Below are positions 37,617 through 47,637 of a DNA stretch of 64,000 bases, in pieces (the first letter of the stretch is position 1; each line of letters opens with the position of its first letter). Below the pieces are notes generated by a model, which did no database searches, was not told the origin of the DNA, and was given only the letters and a program-made list of their open reading frames with translations. This stretch comes from Lachnospiraceae bacterium (lineage in GTDB: Bacteria > Bacillota > Clostridia > Lachnospirales > Lachnospiraceae), in NCBI GenBank assembly GCA_045580855.1, contig JAZNOO010000002.1, forward strand, positions 28,896-92,895, written 5' to 3'. The position numbers and the translations under genes were made by a program.

Positions 37617-38783
37617 ATGAAGAAAATAATGAATTTTATCAAAAAAGAACCTGTTTTTTGTGCGGCATGCCTGCTGATGCTGGCATCCGCTTTTTTTGTG
37701 ACGCCGAATAAGGAATATTTCGGTTATATCGATTATAAGGTCCTGGCACTTTTATTCTGCCTGATGGCAGTGGTGGCAGGCTTAAAAGAGATGGGGCTTT
37801 TTGACCGGATTGCAAGCGCGCTGAGTCGTAAGGTGACGACGGTGCGAAGTCTTACTTTGCTGTTAAGTCTTGTGTGCTTCTTTGTGGCCATGGTGATTAC
37901 CAATGATGTGGCGCTGATTACCTTCGTGCCCCTAACCGTCCTTATGTTAAAAGGGCAAAAAGAGGGCGATGTGATACGCGCTGTTGTAATTGAGACCATA
38001 GCGGCCAATCTGGGTAGTTGCTTAACGCCCATCGGTAATCCGCAGAATCTGTTCCTGTACGGATTCGGTGGATACGAAGTGGGTGCGTTTCTGTGGGATA
38101 TGACACCGGTAGTGGCGGTTTCGCTGGTGGCCGTGGTACTTCTTGCCCTTTTTACATCGGGGGAGAAGTTACAGGTGGGCGCGCAGACTGCGGAAGAGAT
38201 TGATGCGGCCCAGGGTGAGTTAATCGGACCGGAGGAAGTAAATGTAGCCCCCAAACTTCCGGTGGGAAAGCTTGTGATGTACATAGTGCTTTTTGTAGTA
38301 TGTCTTCTGGAAGTGTTCCACGTGTTACACTTCCTGATTGTGCTTGCGGTGGTATTCCTGGCGTTGATTATTTTTGACCGTAAAATCCTTTTAAAAGTGG
38401 ATTATATGCTTTTGGTAACATTTATTGCCTTCTTCGTTTTTATCGGCAATTTGGGCCAAATAGAAAGCGTGAGAGGGTTACTTGAGGAACTGCTTGCGGG
38501 CAGAGAAATTCTTGTGGGTATTGTGGCGTCCCAGGTGTTCAGTAACGTGCCTGCGGCAATGCTTCTTGCGGAGTTCTCTACGGATATTAAGGGGCTCCTC
38601 TGGGGCGTTAATATCGGTGGTCTGGGTACACTGATTGCGTCTATGGCAAGCCTTATTTCTTATAAAATTTACGCCAACCGCAAGGAAGCGCAGCGTGGCA
38701 AATATATGGGCTGGTTTTCGCTGTATAACTTTGGTTTGCTTGCGTTGTTTGTGGTGTTGGTGATGGTTTTTGACTGGCGATAG
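37617..38783 (+). CDS. Ion-transporter superfamily permease (CitMHS/ArsB/YbiR-like)
   Basis: ITNDVALITFVP, AANLGS..TPIGNPQNL, SNVPAA, NIGGLGTLIASMAS. Confidence 0.9.
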   Translation: MKKIMNFIKKEPVFCAACLLMLASAFFVTPNKEYFGYIDYKVLALLFCLMAVVAGLKEMGLFDRIASALSRKVTTVRSLTLLLSLVCFFVAMVITNDVALITFVPLTVLMLKGQKEGDVIRAVVIETIAANLGSCLTPIGNPQNLFLYGFGGYEVGAFLWDMTPVVAVSLVAVVLLALFTSGEKLQVGAQTAEEIDAAQGELIGPEEVNVAPKLPVGKLVMYIVLFVVCLLEVFHVLHFLIVLAVVFLALIIFDRKILLKVDYMLLVTFIAFFVFIGNLGQIESVRGLLEELLAGREILVGIVASQVFSNVPAAMLLAEFSTDIKGLLWGVNIGGLGTLIASMASLISYKIYANRKEAQRGKYMGWFSLYNFGLLALFVVLVMVFDWR

Positions 38784-38812
38784 GCCGATTGTGAAGTTTG
38801 AGGGATAGGAGA

Positions 38813-39307
38813 ATGAAGTTAGAGATTCTAAAAAAATATAAGAATATACGATGCATTCAATGCGGTTCCGCGAAATCACCGTGGGATGAGAGATGCCCGA
38901 TTTGTGCGGAGGCGGAAACGAGGCATCCCCTTGCATTGAAACCATATAAGAGGAAAGTGGTACTGACTTATGCCGGAGTTATCGCGGCGATTGCTTTTAT
39001 CATTTTTATGGTTATTTTTTCGATTGTGCGGGAGTGTACTTATCAGAAGTATTCGAAGATAGCCGAAAACAATTACAAAGTCGAAAGAAATGAGGCGGCG
39101 GTGCGATGCTATGAAATTATTCTGGAACGGTTCCCGGGTTGCGTGCGCGCCCAAGACAGAATGACGGAGATTCTCGTTGAGATGGCAAACAACGGTGAGA
39201 TTAGCGAGGAAGAGGGATATACCTACTTTTTAAAGTACTCAGACTATATGACTCGCGAGAATTATGATACTTTGTGGGATGAGCTGATTTATTATTACGG
39301 ACAGTAA
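38813..39307 (+). CDS. Zinc-ribbon + TM + TPR-like hypothetical protein
   Basis: CIQCG...CPICA, one TM, AAVRCYEIILERFP. Confidence 0.65.
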   Translation: MKLEILKKYKNIRCIQCGSAKSPWDERCPICAEAETRHPLALKPYKRKVVLTYAGVIAAIAFIIFMVIFSIVRECTYQKYSKIAENNYKVERNEAAVRCYEIILERFPGCVRAQDRMTEILVEMANNGEISEEEGYTYFLKYSDYMTRENYDTLWDELIYYYGQ

Positions 39308-39310
39308 AAA

Positions 39311-39339
39311 AGAGCATTAATGTGAAGTATTAATGCTCT
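39311..39339. terminator. Bidirectional terminator overlapping the stop of the convergent gene
   Basis: AGAGCATTAAT-N7-ATTAATGCTCT. Confidence 0.65.
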
Positions 39340-39923
39340 GTAAAAACTTTCTTTTTCATAAGAATAAGTGCAACTCCAACAAACACACATATGAGTGCGC
39401 GTGTGAGACGATAACTGCTGGCGTGGCTCATAATATCACGGGTGAGTTCATTTGTAAAAATGACGTAAGGGTCATTATCGGTAGTTGCGATATAAGCTAA
39501 ATCTACAGCCTCTGCCACTGAAACGGAAGAACCATTCGTTAAGGCGATATTGTTTGATGCAAAAAATGTGCAAGGGTGATATTCCTTCTTAACAATACCT
39601 GCACTGCTTACGGAAACATCATTGATACAAATCAAATCTTCCTGATTGGCAAAGTCAAGACGCAAATCAAGAATTTGTTCGGCAAGTGCTCCATCTAATC
39701 GAAATGAAATTTGATTCAGCTCCCTGTCAACAGATGCATGAATACACTGTTCCTCAGAATAAGAAAAAGGAGTGCCTATAGAATAGTATAAGGAACAGGA
39801 ATCACTTGCAATATCGTTAAAATCTATACGTATGAATACATCTGCAGGTGAAAAAGGGATTGCAACAAAAGCAGTAGCAATTATAATATAAATAATCGTA
39901 AATATAATAGTCTTCTTTTTCAT
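39330..39923 (-). CDS. Hypothetical protein, TM - extracellular beta domain - TM
   Basis: RBS AAAGGAG; LRLDF and NDPY motifs; divergent from the GT-C-like gene. Confidence 0.72.
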   Translation of the reverse strand: MKKKTIIFTIIYIIIATAFVAIPFSPADVFIRIDFNDIASDSCSLYYSIGTPFSYSEEQCIHASVDRELNQISFRLDGALAEQILDLRLDFANQEDLICINDVSVSSAGIVKKEYHPCTFFASNNIALTNGSSVSVAEAVDLAYIATTDNDPYVIFTNELTRDIMSHASSYRLTRALICVFVGVALILMKKKVFTEH

Positions 39924-40025
39924 AGAGACTCCTTTGATTATGTAATCGAAAAAATAAACAAAATATGTTTAATAATAATATAAATGATATAAATTGACAA
40001 GTTGTTTTGATATGGAGGTAATAAA

Positions 40026-41267
40026 ATGACGCAGAAGAAAAAAGAGAATGGGGCTGTTATTTTTTTGGCTATTGTTCTATCTTATTTTACATATCTGGCG
40101 GTAATGAGCGGATTAAGCGGAGAATTAAATGATTATCATGGTCATACATATGTCTATCTGCCGATTTTTACCCGCGGTGATTGGTTGGAAGGATGGAAAA
40201 CCGTACCGTATATGATTTGGCACCTGGGTGTTTTGTTTATGAATGAAATACTTCACATTCCGGTGGAAATGTCGGCTGTATTTATGAGTAGTATTCTGGC
40301 ACTGTTCTCGTATGCACTTTTTTATTGGATTATAAAAAAATATACGATTTATATCGGTTGTGAGGAGACAAATACCAAAGCTGCATTTTTGGCATTTGCG
40401 ATGTGTGTTGTGCAGTCGCTGGATTGCAGATGGTTCGATATTGGGAATGGTTTCTTGGGAACGTTTTCAATCAATCCTACCCATAGTGCAACGCAAATGG
40501 CAGCAAGACCTTTTTCGTTGTTGTGTATATGCCTGGCATACGATATCTGGCAGAGGCAAAAGAAGGAAGATTACGTGGGTATCTTCTTTCATGTAGAAAG
40601 AGGATTGAAGAAGTATTACTTTTTATTGACCGCCTTTCTGTTTCTTTCAACTTGTGCAAAACCTACTTTTGCAGAAATGTTTATTCCTGCCTTGGCAGTT
40701 GTAATGTTAATAGATTTGCTCTTTTTTATTGGACGAAAGGACGGAAGTGCAAAGCTGTTCTTTAAGCATTGCCTATGGACATTATTGTGTGCGGTGCCTT
40801 CTTTGATACATATTCTGGTTCAGGCTCTGGCATATACTATCTTTGGAGGAAGCTTTGCTTCAGATAGCTCGTTCATGTTCACCAAACCTTTTGAAGTGTG
40901 GAGTATATATTCTGAGAATGTCGCTTTATCAGTCGTATTTGGTATGGCGTTTCCGTTGGCATTGGTTCTTATCAATCTATCATTCTTTATCAAAAATGAT
41001 TTGGGTCGAATGGGACTTGTAAGTTATTTGGTCGGTTTTGTGGAGGCGTCCATATTGGGTGAAGCGGGCTCAAGATTTGACCATGGAAATTTCATATGGC
41101 CTATGATGTCAGGGATGCTGGTTATGTGGACGATATCGTTGTTGAGAATATTGAAATTGGAGCGCGAGCACTCGGATAGTAAGATGCGATATATATTGAT
41201 TAATATTGTATGGTTTATCTTTTGGCTACATGTATTTTATGGTTTAATGGTAGCTATAAATCCCTGA
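40026..41267 (+). CDS. Polytopic membrane protein, putative GT-C glycosyltransferase
   Basis: About 11 TMs; first-loop NDYHGH, YMIWH, KPTF, GNFIW. Confidence 0.6.
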   Translation: MTQKKKENGAVIFLAIVLSYFTYLAVMSGLSGELNDYHGHTYVYLPIFTRGDWLEGWKTVPYMIWHLGVLFMNEILHIPVEMSAVFMSSILALFSYALFYWIIKKYTIYIGCEETNTKAAFLAFAMCVVQSLDCRWFDIGNGFLGTFSINPTHSATQMAARPFSLLCICLAYDIWQRQKKEDYVGIFFHVERGLKKYYFLLTAFLFLSTCAKPTFAEMFIPALAVVMLIDLLFFIGRKDGSAKLFFKHCLWTLLCAVPSLIHILVQALAYTIFGGSFASDSSFMFTKPFEVWSIYSENVALSVVFGMAFPLALVLINLSFFIKNDLGRMGLVSYLVGFVEASILGEAGSRFDHGNFIWPMMSGMLVMWTISLLRILKLEREHSDSKMRYILINIVWFIFWLHVFYGLMVAINP

Positions 41268-41296
41268 TAGTTTAAGTTGAGTAGGAGTATATAAAA

Positions 41297-42499
41297 ATGT
41301 ATCAGACAATTGCTACATTAAGAAAAGGCGAAGGCAGATTGTTGAAAGCCGGCGGCCTTTGGGTATTTGACAATGAAATAGCAGATGTAAAAGGCGAGTT
41401 TGAAAACGGCGACTTGGTGGCGGTGCAGGATTTTGACGGCTACCCCATGGGAACCGGTTTCATCAACGTAAATTCCAAGATTCGCGTGCGTATGCTGACC
41501 CGCAATGCGCAGGCTGTCATTGATGAGGAGTTCTTCTATAAAAGGGCGAAAAACGCCTGGGAATATCGCAAGAAAACTGTGGATACTTCCAGCTGCAGAG
41601 TGATTTTCGGCGAGGCAGATTTCTTACCCGGTTTTGTAATGGACAAGTTTGAAGATGTGCTTGTGGTGCAGTCCCTTGCCTTGGGTATCGACCGCTGGAA
41701 GATGGCCATTGTGGAAGGTATGAAGCGCGCATTGGCAGAGGACGGTATTGTGATTCGCGGTGTATACGAGCGAAGCGATGCCAGAGAGCGCGTGAAAGAA
41801 GGACTTCCGCAGGTAAAAGGTTTTATCGGGGAAGAATTCGACACCACAGTGCAGATTGCGGAAAACGGCGTAAAATACTGGGTAGATATTAAGGATGGCC
41901 AGAAGACAGGGTTCTTCCTGGATCAGAAGTATAATCGTCTGGCAATTCAGAAGTTGTGTAAGGATGCGCGTGTCCTTGACTGCTGTACCCATACGGGGTC
42001 CTTTGCGCTGAACGCAGGGATTGGCGGTGCGAAAGAGGTGCTTGGTATTGATGTGTCCGATTTGGCAGTGGAACAAGCGACGGAGAATGCCAAGTTAAAC
42101 GGCCTTGAAAACGTGGTGCGTTTTGAAGTAGACAATGTATTCGACCTGCTTCCCAGACTGGAGGCGGAAGGGGAGAAGTTCGATGTGGTAATTTTAGATC
42201 CGCCCGCATTCACCAAGTCCAGAGCGTCTGTAAAGAATGCGATAAAAGGGTATCGCGAGATTAACTTGCGTGCGATGAAACTTGTAAAAGACGGAGGGTT
42301 CCTTGCGACCTGCTCTTGCTCACATTTTATGACCTATGAATTGTTTACCGCAACGATTCATCAGGCAGCGAATATGGTGCATAAGCGCCTGCGCCAGGTG
42401 GAGTTTAAGACTCAGTCACCGGATCACCCGATTTTGTGGGCTGCGGAAGAATCATATTATTTGAAATTTTATGTATTTCAGGTATGCGAAGAGTTTTAG
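41297..42499 (+). CDS. rlmI: 23S rRNA m5C1962-type SAM methyltransferase (RlmI family)
   Basis: PUA N-terminus, GEADFLPG, GQKTGFFLDQ, DVVILDPPAF, TCSCS, DHP, YLK. Confidence 0.9.
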   Translation: MYQTIATLRKGEGRLLKAGGLWVFDNEIADVKGEFENGDLVAVQDFDGYPMGTGFINVNSKIRVRMLTRNAQAVIDEEFFYKRAKNAWEYRKKTVDTSSCRVIFGEADFLPGFVMDKFEDVLVVQSLALGIDRWKMAIVEGMKRALAEDGIVIRGVYERSDARERVKEGLPQVKGFIGEEFDTTVQIAENGVKYWVDIKDGQKTGFFLDQKYNRLAIQKLCKDARVLDCCTHTGSFALNAGIGGAKEVLGIDVSDLAVEQATENAKLNGLENVVRFEVDNVFDLLPRLEAEGEKFDVVILDPPAFTKSRASVKNAIKGYREINLRAMKLVKDGGFLATCSCSHFMTYELFTATIHQAANMVHKRLRQVEFKTQSPDHPILWAAEESYYLKFYVFQVCEEF

Positions 42500-42551
42500 G
42501 GTGTGGTATCGATGAGGTGTTGTTATTAAAAAACAGAGGAGTAGCAGGGAA

Positions 42552-42881
42552 ATGTTCCAATGTATGAATTGTAATGAAATGGTAGGCGATAATGTAAAAA
42601 CTTGTCCATTTTGCGGGCATTATTTTACGCCGGATGAGATGAAAGAGCTTCGCCAGGTAAAAGAAATGGAAGAGTATGAGAAAAAGCATGCTAAGGGGGC
42701 AACTTTTAAACAGACAAAATTTTGGAGAATGTTGTTTATTGTGTTGGCTGCATTGAGTGCTGTTTTGGCAATTGTTGTAAAACTTGCGTTAGAAAGTCAG
42801 GCACTTATGTTGATTTTCTTCTGCATTATGATTATCTGTTGTATTGGGATTGGGGTTATCATTATAAAAGAAAAAATTTAG
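42552..42881 (+). CDS. Zinc-ribbon membrane protein
   Basis: CMNC...CPFCG plus two C-terminal TMs. Confidence 0.7.
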   Translation: MFQCMNCNEMVGDNVKTCPFCGHYFTPDEMKELRQVKEMEEYEKKHAKGATFKQTKFWRMLFIVLAALSAVLAIVVKLALESQALMLIFFCIMIICCIGIGVIIIKEKI

Positions 42882-42891
42882 GGGGAGTAGT

Positions 42892-43422
42892 ATGAGAATT
42901 TTAGTGGTTGTAGATATGCAGAATGATTTTATTGATATGGCACTTGGAACTAAAGAGGCGGTTGCAATTGTGCCTAATGTAGTTGCGAAGATTACCGAGG
43001 GTGACTGGGACAAAATCTATGTAACCTATGATACTCACGACGAGAATTATATGGAGACTTCAGAAGGAAAGAATCTTCCGGTACCACATTGTATAAAAGG
43101 TACAAAAGGCTGGGAGTTAAATGATGAAGTGGAAACAGCGTTGAAGTCAGTATTATGCCCTGTGGTAAGAGTAGAGAAACCTACCTTCGGTTCGCTGGAT
43201 TTGGCTACCCTCGTACGACAGGATTATTCCGAAAAAGACAGTAAAATTGAGTTGGTGGGACTTTGCACGGATATTTGTGTGGTTTCCAATGCATTGCTTC
43301 TGAAGGCAAGTCTGCCGGAAATGCCCATTGCCGTAGATTCAGCTTGTGTAGCAGGCGTGACACCGGAAAGCAATGATGCGGCCCTGACCACCATGAAAAT
43401 GTGCCAGATTCAGGTATTATAG
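42892..43422 (+). CDS. pncA: Isochorismatase-family cysteine hydrolase, probable nicotinamidase
   Basis: VVDMQNDF, DTH, PHC, K.TFGS, GLCTDICV. Confidence 0.85.
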   Translation: MRILVVVDMQNDFIDMALGTKEAVAIVPNVVAKITEGDWDKIYVTYDTHDENYMETSEGKNLPVPHCIKGTKGWELNDEVETALKSVLCPVVRVEKPTFGSLDLATLVRQDYSEKDSKIELVGLCTDICVVSNALLLKASLPEMPIAVDSACVAGVTPESNDAALTTMKMCQIQVL

Positions 43423-43432
43423 GAGGTTTTAT

Positions 43433-43609
43433 ATGCAAGCAAATTGTGATGAGTGCGCTCATCTTTATTACGATGAAGATTATGAAGAATATTTATGTGC
43501 GGCGGATATGGATGAGGACGATTATGCCCGTCTGATGAATAATCCCCGCAGCACCTGTCCTTTTTATCAGAACGGGGACGAATACCGTGTGGTACGTAAG
43601 CAAATGTAG
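43433..43609 (+). CDS. Small acidic Cys-containing protein (DUF6472-like), not in the ORF track
   Basis: MQANCDECAHLYYDEDYEEYLCAADMDEDDYARLMNNPRSTCPFYQNGDEYRVVRKQM*; RBS AGGAGG. Confidence 0.85.
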   Translation: MQANCDECAHLYYDEDYEEYLCAADMDEDDYARLMNNPRSTCPFYQNGDEYRVVRKQM

Positions 43610-43685
43610 GTGTAACTAAGGTTTACTTTCGTCGTATTTTCATATGGTAAATGTTATAATGAAAGTACGGAAGAAAGGAGTACTT

Positions 43686-44405
43686 ATGGAAGAGAAGATT
43701 AAGGTTTTAAAAGAATGGATTGAACAAAGCAACAATATAGTTTTCTTTGGTGGCGCGGGTGTGTCTACAGAAAGCGGTATCCCTGATTTTCGCAGCGTAG
43801 ACGGACTTTATAATCAGAAGTACGATTATCCGCCGGAGACGATTCTGAGTCATACTTTCTTTTGGCGTAAAACGGATGAGTTTTATCGCTTTTATCGTGA
43901 TAAAATGATTATCGACAATGTAAAACCCAATGCGGCCCATTTGAAATTGGCTGAGTGGGAAGAGCAGGGGAAGTTAAAAGCAGTTATTACCCAGAATATT
44001 GACGGTTTGCACCAGCTGGCCGGAAGCAAAGAAGTTATGGAACTTCATGGAAGTGTGCATCGTAATTACTGTGATAAGTGTCATGCCTTTTACGGTATTG
44101 AGGCAATCACAGGTTGCGAAGGTGTGCCCAAGTGCCCCGCTTGTGGCGGTGTGATTAAGCCGGATGTGGTTTTATACGAAGAGGGATTGGATGATATGAC
44201 GATTACCAAATCCATTCAATACATATCCAATGCGGATATACTGATTATCGGCGGTACTTCCTTGGCGGTATGGCCGGCAGCAGGCTTGATTGACTACTAT
44301 CGCGGTGATAAACTTGTACTGATTAATAAGTCGCAGACACAGCGCGAGACCCGTGCGAATCTTGTGATAGAGGGCAAGATTGGGGAAGTGTTGGGACAAT
44401 TATAA
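43686..44405 (+). CDS. cobB: NAD-dependent protein deacylase (sirtuin)
   Basis: GGAGVSTESGIPDFRS, TQNIDGLH, ELHGS, Zn-binding Cys pairs, GGTSL. Start moved to the ATG after GAAAGGAG. Confidence 0.93.
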   Translation: MEEKIKVLKEWIEQSNNIVFFGGAGVSTESGIPDFRSVDGLYNQKYDYPPETILSHTFFWRKTDEFYRFYRDKMIIDNVKPNAAHLKLAEWEEQGKLKAVITQNIDGLHQLAGSKEVMELHGSVHRNYCDKCHAFYGIEAITGCEGVPKCPACGGVIKPDVVLYEEGLDDMTITKSIQYISNADILIIGGTSLAVWPAAGLIDYYRGDKLVLINKSQTQRETRANLVIEGKIGEVLGQL

Positions 44406-44463
44406 GACGATAGCGAAGGCGTAGAGGAGTTTATTGAGACTAAAGCGTTAGTCGGAGGAAAAT

Positions 44464-44640
44464 ATGGAAATTCACGTGGATAATATCGTAAAGTTAAAGA
44501 AACAGCACCCTTGCGGAAGTTTCGAATGGAAGGTTCTGCGGGAAGGCGCGGACTTCCGTTTGCAGTGCGAGGGCTGCGGGCATCAGGTTATGATGGCGAG
44601 GAAAGTTTTGGAGAAGAGTGTGAAAGAAATAAGAGAGTAG
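44464..44640 (+). CDS. DUF951 (YyzM-like) small protein, not in the ORF track
   Basis: MEIHVDNIVKLKKQHPCGSFEWKVLREGADFRLQCEGCGHQVMMARKVLEKSVKEIRE*; RBS GGAGG. Confidence 0.9.
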   Translation: MEIHVDNIVKLKKQHPCGSFEWKVLREGADFRLQCEGCGHQVMMARKVLEKSVKEIRE

Positions 44641-44656
44641 GTACGATATACAAATC

Positions 44657-46417
44657 ATGAAAGAAAAAATAGCAAGTCTATGTCGTTCAAAAAAATATTG
44701 TAGCATCGAAAATGCTGTTTTTATCGGACTGCTTTTGTTGTTTCCCTTGTTATTGATTCGCTACGGAATTGATTATACGGATACGGGGTATTCGATATGC
44801 AATTTCCAGTCATTCGGGAAAACGGAAGGAACCATACAAATGGCTACTTTTTTAGCGAATGCATTGGGCGCTTTATTTATGCAATTGCCTTACGGAGATA
44901 CTTATCTTGGAATAGTGGCGTATACGTCGATCTTTGTAGGTGCACTGGCGGTGATGAGTTATTTGCTTCTACGTAAATTTCTTTCACAAAAACTTGTTTT
45001 TCTCGGTGTGTTTGTTGCATTGTGTGTCCGTTGGTGTCCAAGTGTGGTTTTATATAATTATCTTTCTTATTTTTTGTATACTTTGGCAATTGTGTTTTCA
45101 TTGCAGGGACTAAAAAAGAACAGAACCTTCTGCCTGTTTTTGGCCGGAGTGCTTTTGGGTGCTAATGTATTTGTGCGTTTTCCGAATGTGACACATTGTC
45201 TTTTGATTTTGCCGGTTATATTTTATTGTGTTATAGAAAAGAAAAGAACTGGTGAGATTATGAAAAAAATAATGGTATGCATAGGGGGATGGATTAGTTC
45301 TGTTTTATTAATATGGTGCCTGATTTCTCTTTTCTATGGAGTAAATGCATATACCGATATGATTTCAAAATTATTTTCCGGAACCGAGGGTGACTCGTCG
45401 TATGATTTATTGTCTATGTTGACCGGAAATTTCGTGGAATTTTGGGCGTATCGTAAGTGGATTCTTCTGCTTGCCGGTTTTATTCTTGCAGGAGTTATCG
45501 TATACAAATTCTGTAAGTATAAGTGGATGAAAATTCTTTTTGTTTGCGGATATACTGTCGGATTTGCTTTTATGATGAAGTATTTTCACTATTGGGCGGT
45601 CTTTACGATTAAGGATTACGGAAGTTATTCGGCGATTTCGTTTTGGTTGGTTCTTTTTATAATTACAGCATGGATTCTGGGGTTCAAAGGGTGCTTGACC
45701 AAACGATACAGCAGCGAATTGCGTTTTATGGGTGCGGTTTGCATTTGTACGGTTTTTTTGGCTCCCATTGGAAGCAATACAGGAATTCTTGCAAGTTTTA
45801 ACAATATGTATTTGGTGTTTCCTTTTGTGTTTGGCATTCTAAAAGAAGAATTGTGCGCAAATGATATGGAGCTAAAAATTAAAAAGTTGAGTATATCAAA
45901 GAAACCCATCGCATTAATTTCTCTGTTTGCCGTTGCAATTATGGTTATTCAGGGACTTATGTTTTCTGTCTTTTATATTTACGGTGATTACAAGTTAAAC
46001 GCCGATATGGTGACAAAGATAGAGAATAATGAAGTTATGCGCGGTGCCTGTGTCAGTGCGGGAACTGCTTATTTGATAGAAGATGTTTCGCGGTATGTAG
46101 CGGAAAATGGACTTGCCGGCAAAAAGTGTATAGCTTATGGTAATATTCCGATAATGTCTTTTGCATTGGATATGCCACAGGCATTATCAACCGCTTGGCC
46201 TGATTTAGAGACCTATACATATGAGGATATGGCGTATGATTTGCAAGGGATAGAGCAGCCGGTTATTATCTTAAATAAATATTATGCATTTTCTATTTTT
46301 GATGAGAACGTGCAAAAAGATATACCAAAGACCAAACTTTTAGCGGATTATATTAATGACAACGGATATGTGGTAAGCTACGAAAACGAAAAGTTTGCAA
46401 TTTATGAGGCGAAATAA
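44657..46417 (+). CDS. Polytopic membrane protein, putative GT-C glycosyltransferase
   Basis: First-loop GIDYTDTGY, LYNYLS, VRFPN; about 12 TMs and a soluble C-terminal domain. Confidence 0.65.
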   Translation: MKEKIASLCRSKKYCSIENAVFIGLLLLFPLLLIRYGIDYTDTGYSICNFQSFGKTEGTIQMATFLANALGALFMQLPYGDTYLGIVAYTSIFVGALAVMSYLLLRKFLSQKLVFLGVFVALCVRWCPSVVLYNYLSYFLYTLAIVFSLQGLKKNRTFCLFLAGVLLGANVFVRFPNVTHCLLILPVIFYCVIEKKRTGEIMKKIMVCIGGWISSVLLIWCLISLFYGVNAYTDMISKLFSGTEGDSSYDLLSMLTGNFVEFWAYRKWILLLAGFILAGVIVYKFCKYKWMKILFVCGYTVGFAFMMKYFHYWAVFTIKDYGSYSAISFWLVLFIITAWILGFKGCLTKRYSSELRFMGAVCICTVFLAPIGSNTGILASFNNMYLVFPFVFGILKEELCANDMELKIKKLSISKKPIALISLFAVAIMVIQGLMFSVFYIYGDYKLNADMVTKIENNEVMRGACVSAGTAYLIEDVSRYVAENGLAGKKCIAYGNIPIMSFALDMPQALSTAWPDLETYTYEDMAYDLQGIEQPVIILNKYYAFSIFDENVQKDIPKTKLLADYINDNGYVVSYENEKFAIYEAK

Positions 46418-46447
46418 TTTTTAAGTGGTATAAAAGTAAAAAAACGC

Positions 46448-46476
46448 TTGAAAACCATTGAAAAGTGTGTTATTAT
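46448..46476 (+). promoter_or_regulatory. Sigma-A promoter of the rpsF operon
   Basis: TTGAAA-N17-TATTAT. Confidence 0.7.
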
Positions 46477-46497
46477 GGTTTTCCGTGATGTAATAAA

Positions 46498-46548
46498 ATT
46501 CCTTGCTCCCTGCGTAAAAGCAAGGGGCCAGAGACCAAAAGGAGGTAA
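46498..46548 (+). promoter_or_regulatory. Probable S6:S18 ribosomal leader (autoregulatory RNA)
   Basis: TTCCTTGCTCCCTGC..GCAAGGGGCC..GACCAAAAGGAGG hairpin that can sequester the rpsF SD, at the expected position. Confidence 0.7.
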
Positions 46549-46553
46549 CAAGC

Positions 46554-46844
46554 ATGAACAAGTATGAATTAGCTGTTGTTGTCAATGCTAAAATCGAAGA
46601 AGATGAAAGAGTAGCTGTTGTGGACAAGTGCAAGGCTCTCATCGAAAGATTCGGTGGTACAATCACTAACGTAGACGACTGGGGCAAGAAGTTATTAGCT
46701 TACGAAATCCAGAAGATGCGCGAAGGTTACTACTATTTCATCGCTTTCGAAGCTGAATCTACTGCGCCCATCGAAATCGAAAATCGAGTTCGAATTATGG
46801 ACAATGTAATCAGATACTTATGCGTTAGACAGGACGAAGCATAG
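46554..46844 (+). CDS. rpsF: 30S ribosomal protein S6
   Basis: MNKYE, WGKKLLAYEI, VIRY. Confidence 0.98.
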   Translation: MNKYELAVVVNAKIEEDERVAVVDKCKALIERFGGTITNVDDWGKKLLAYEIQKMREGYYYFIAFEAESTAPIEIENRVRIMDNVIRYLCVRQDEA

Positions 46845-46858
46845 AAAGTAGGTATAAT

Positions 46859-47299
46859 ATGAATAAAGTTATTCTTATGGGTCGTTTAACAAGAGATCCC
46901 GATGTAAGATATTCTCAGGGTGAGAACTCTATGGCAATAGCCAGATATACACTTGCAGTAGACAGAAGATTTAACCGTGGTGGCGAAGAGAACAATACAG
47001 ATTTTATCAATATTGTTGCATTCGGTAAAGCCGGTGAATTTGCTGAGAAATATTTACACAAGGGAACTAAGGTATTGGTAACCGGACGTATTCAGACCGG
47101 AAGCTATACCAATAAAGATGGTCAGAAGGTTTATACAACAGATGTTGTTGCGGAAGACCAGGAATTCGCTGAAAGCAAGAATGCTTCTTCAGGCGAAGGG
47201 GGTTCAGGTAATTACACAAGAAGTAGCGCACCTGTTGCGGCAGATGGAGACTTCATGAGCATTCCGGAAGGAATTGTTGAGGAATTACCTTTTAGTTAA
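46859..47299 (+). CDS. ssb: Single-stranded DNA-binding protein
   Basis: [14 protein letters not shown]...ELPF. Confidence 0.98.
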   Translation: MNKVILMGRLTRDPDVRYSQGENSMAIARYTLAVDRRFNRGGEENNTDFINIVAFGKAGEFAEKYLHKGTKVLVTGRIQTGSYTNKDGQKVYTTDVVAEDQEFAESKNASSGEGGSGNYTRSSAPVAADGDFMSIPEGIVEELPFS

Positions 47300-47331
47300 G
47301 TGTTTATGGATTTCAGATAGGAGGCAATATT

Positions 47332-47595
47332 ATGGCATTCGTTAAAGCAGATAAATCCGATTCTCCCATGAAGAGAAAAGGCGGAATGCGCAGAAGAAAG
47401 AAAGTTTGCGTTTTCTGTGGCAAGGATAATGTTATTAGTTACAAGGATACTGCTAAGTTAAAGAGATACGTATCCGAAAGAGGTAAGATTCTTCCCAGAA
47501 GAATTACCGGAAACTGTGCTAAGCATCAGAGAGCGTTGACAGTTGCAATCAAGAGAGCACGTCACGTTGCACTTATGCCTTACTCAGTAGATTAA
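47332..47595 (+). CDS. rpsR: 30S ribosomal protein S18 (Zn-binding C+ form)
   Basis: [26 protein letters not shown]. Confidence 0.98.
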   Translation: MAFVKADKSDSPMKRKGGMRRRKKVCVFCGKDNVISYKDTAKLKRYVSERGKILPRRITGNCAKHQRALTVAIKRARHVALMPYSVD

Positions 47596-47603
47596 TGTAA
47601 ATA

Positions 47604-47636
47604 AAAACCAATCATCGTAAGATGATTGGTTTTTTT
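47604..47636. terminator. Bidirectional terminator
   Basis: AAAACCAATCATC-GTAA-GATGATTGGTTTTTTT. Confidence 0.88.
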
Positions 47637-47637
47637 G

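Noticed and set aside
43686-44405. Sir2 anti-phage effector
   Set aside because: A canonical Zn-binding CobB with housekeeping neighbours and no defence partner.
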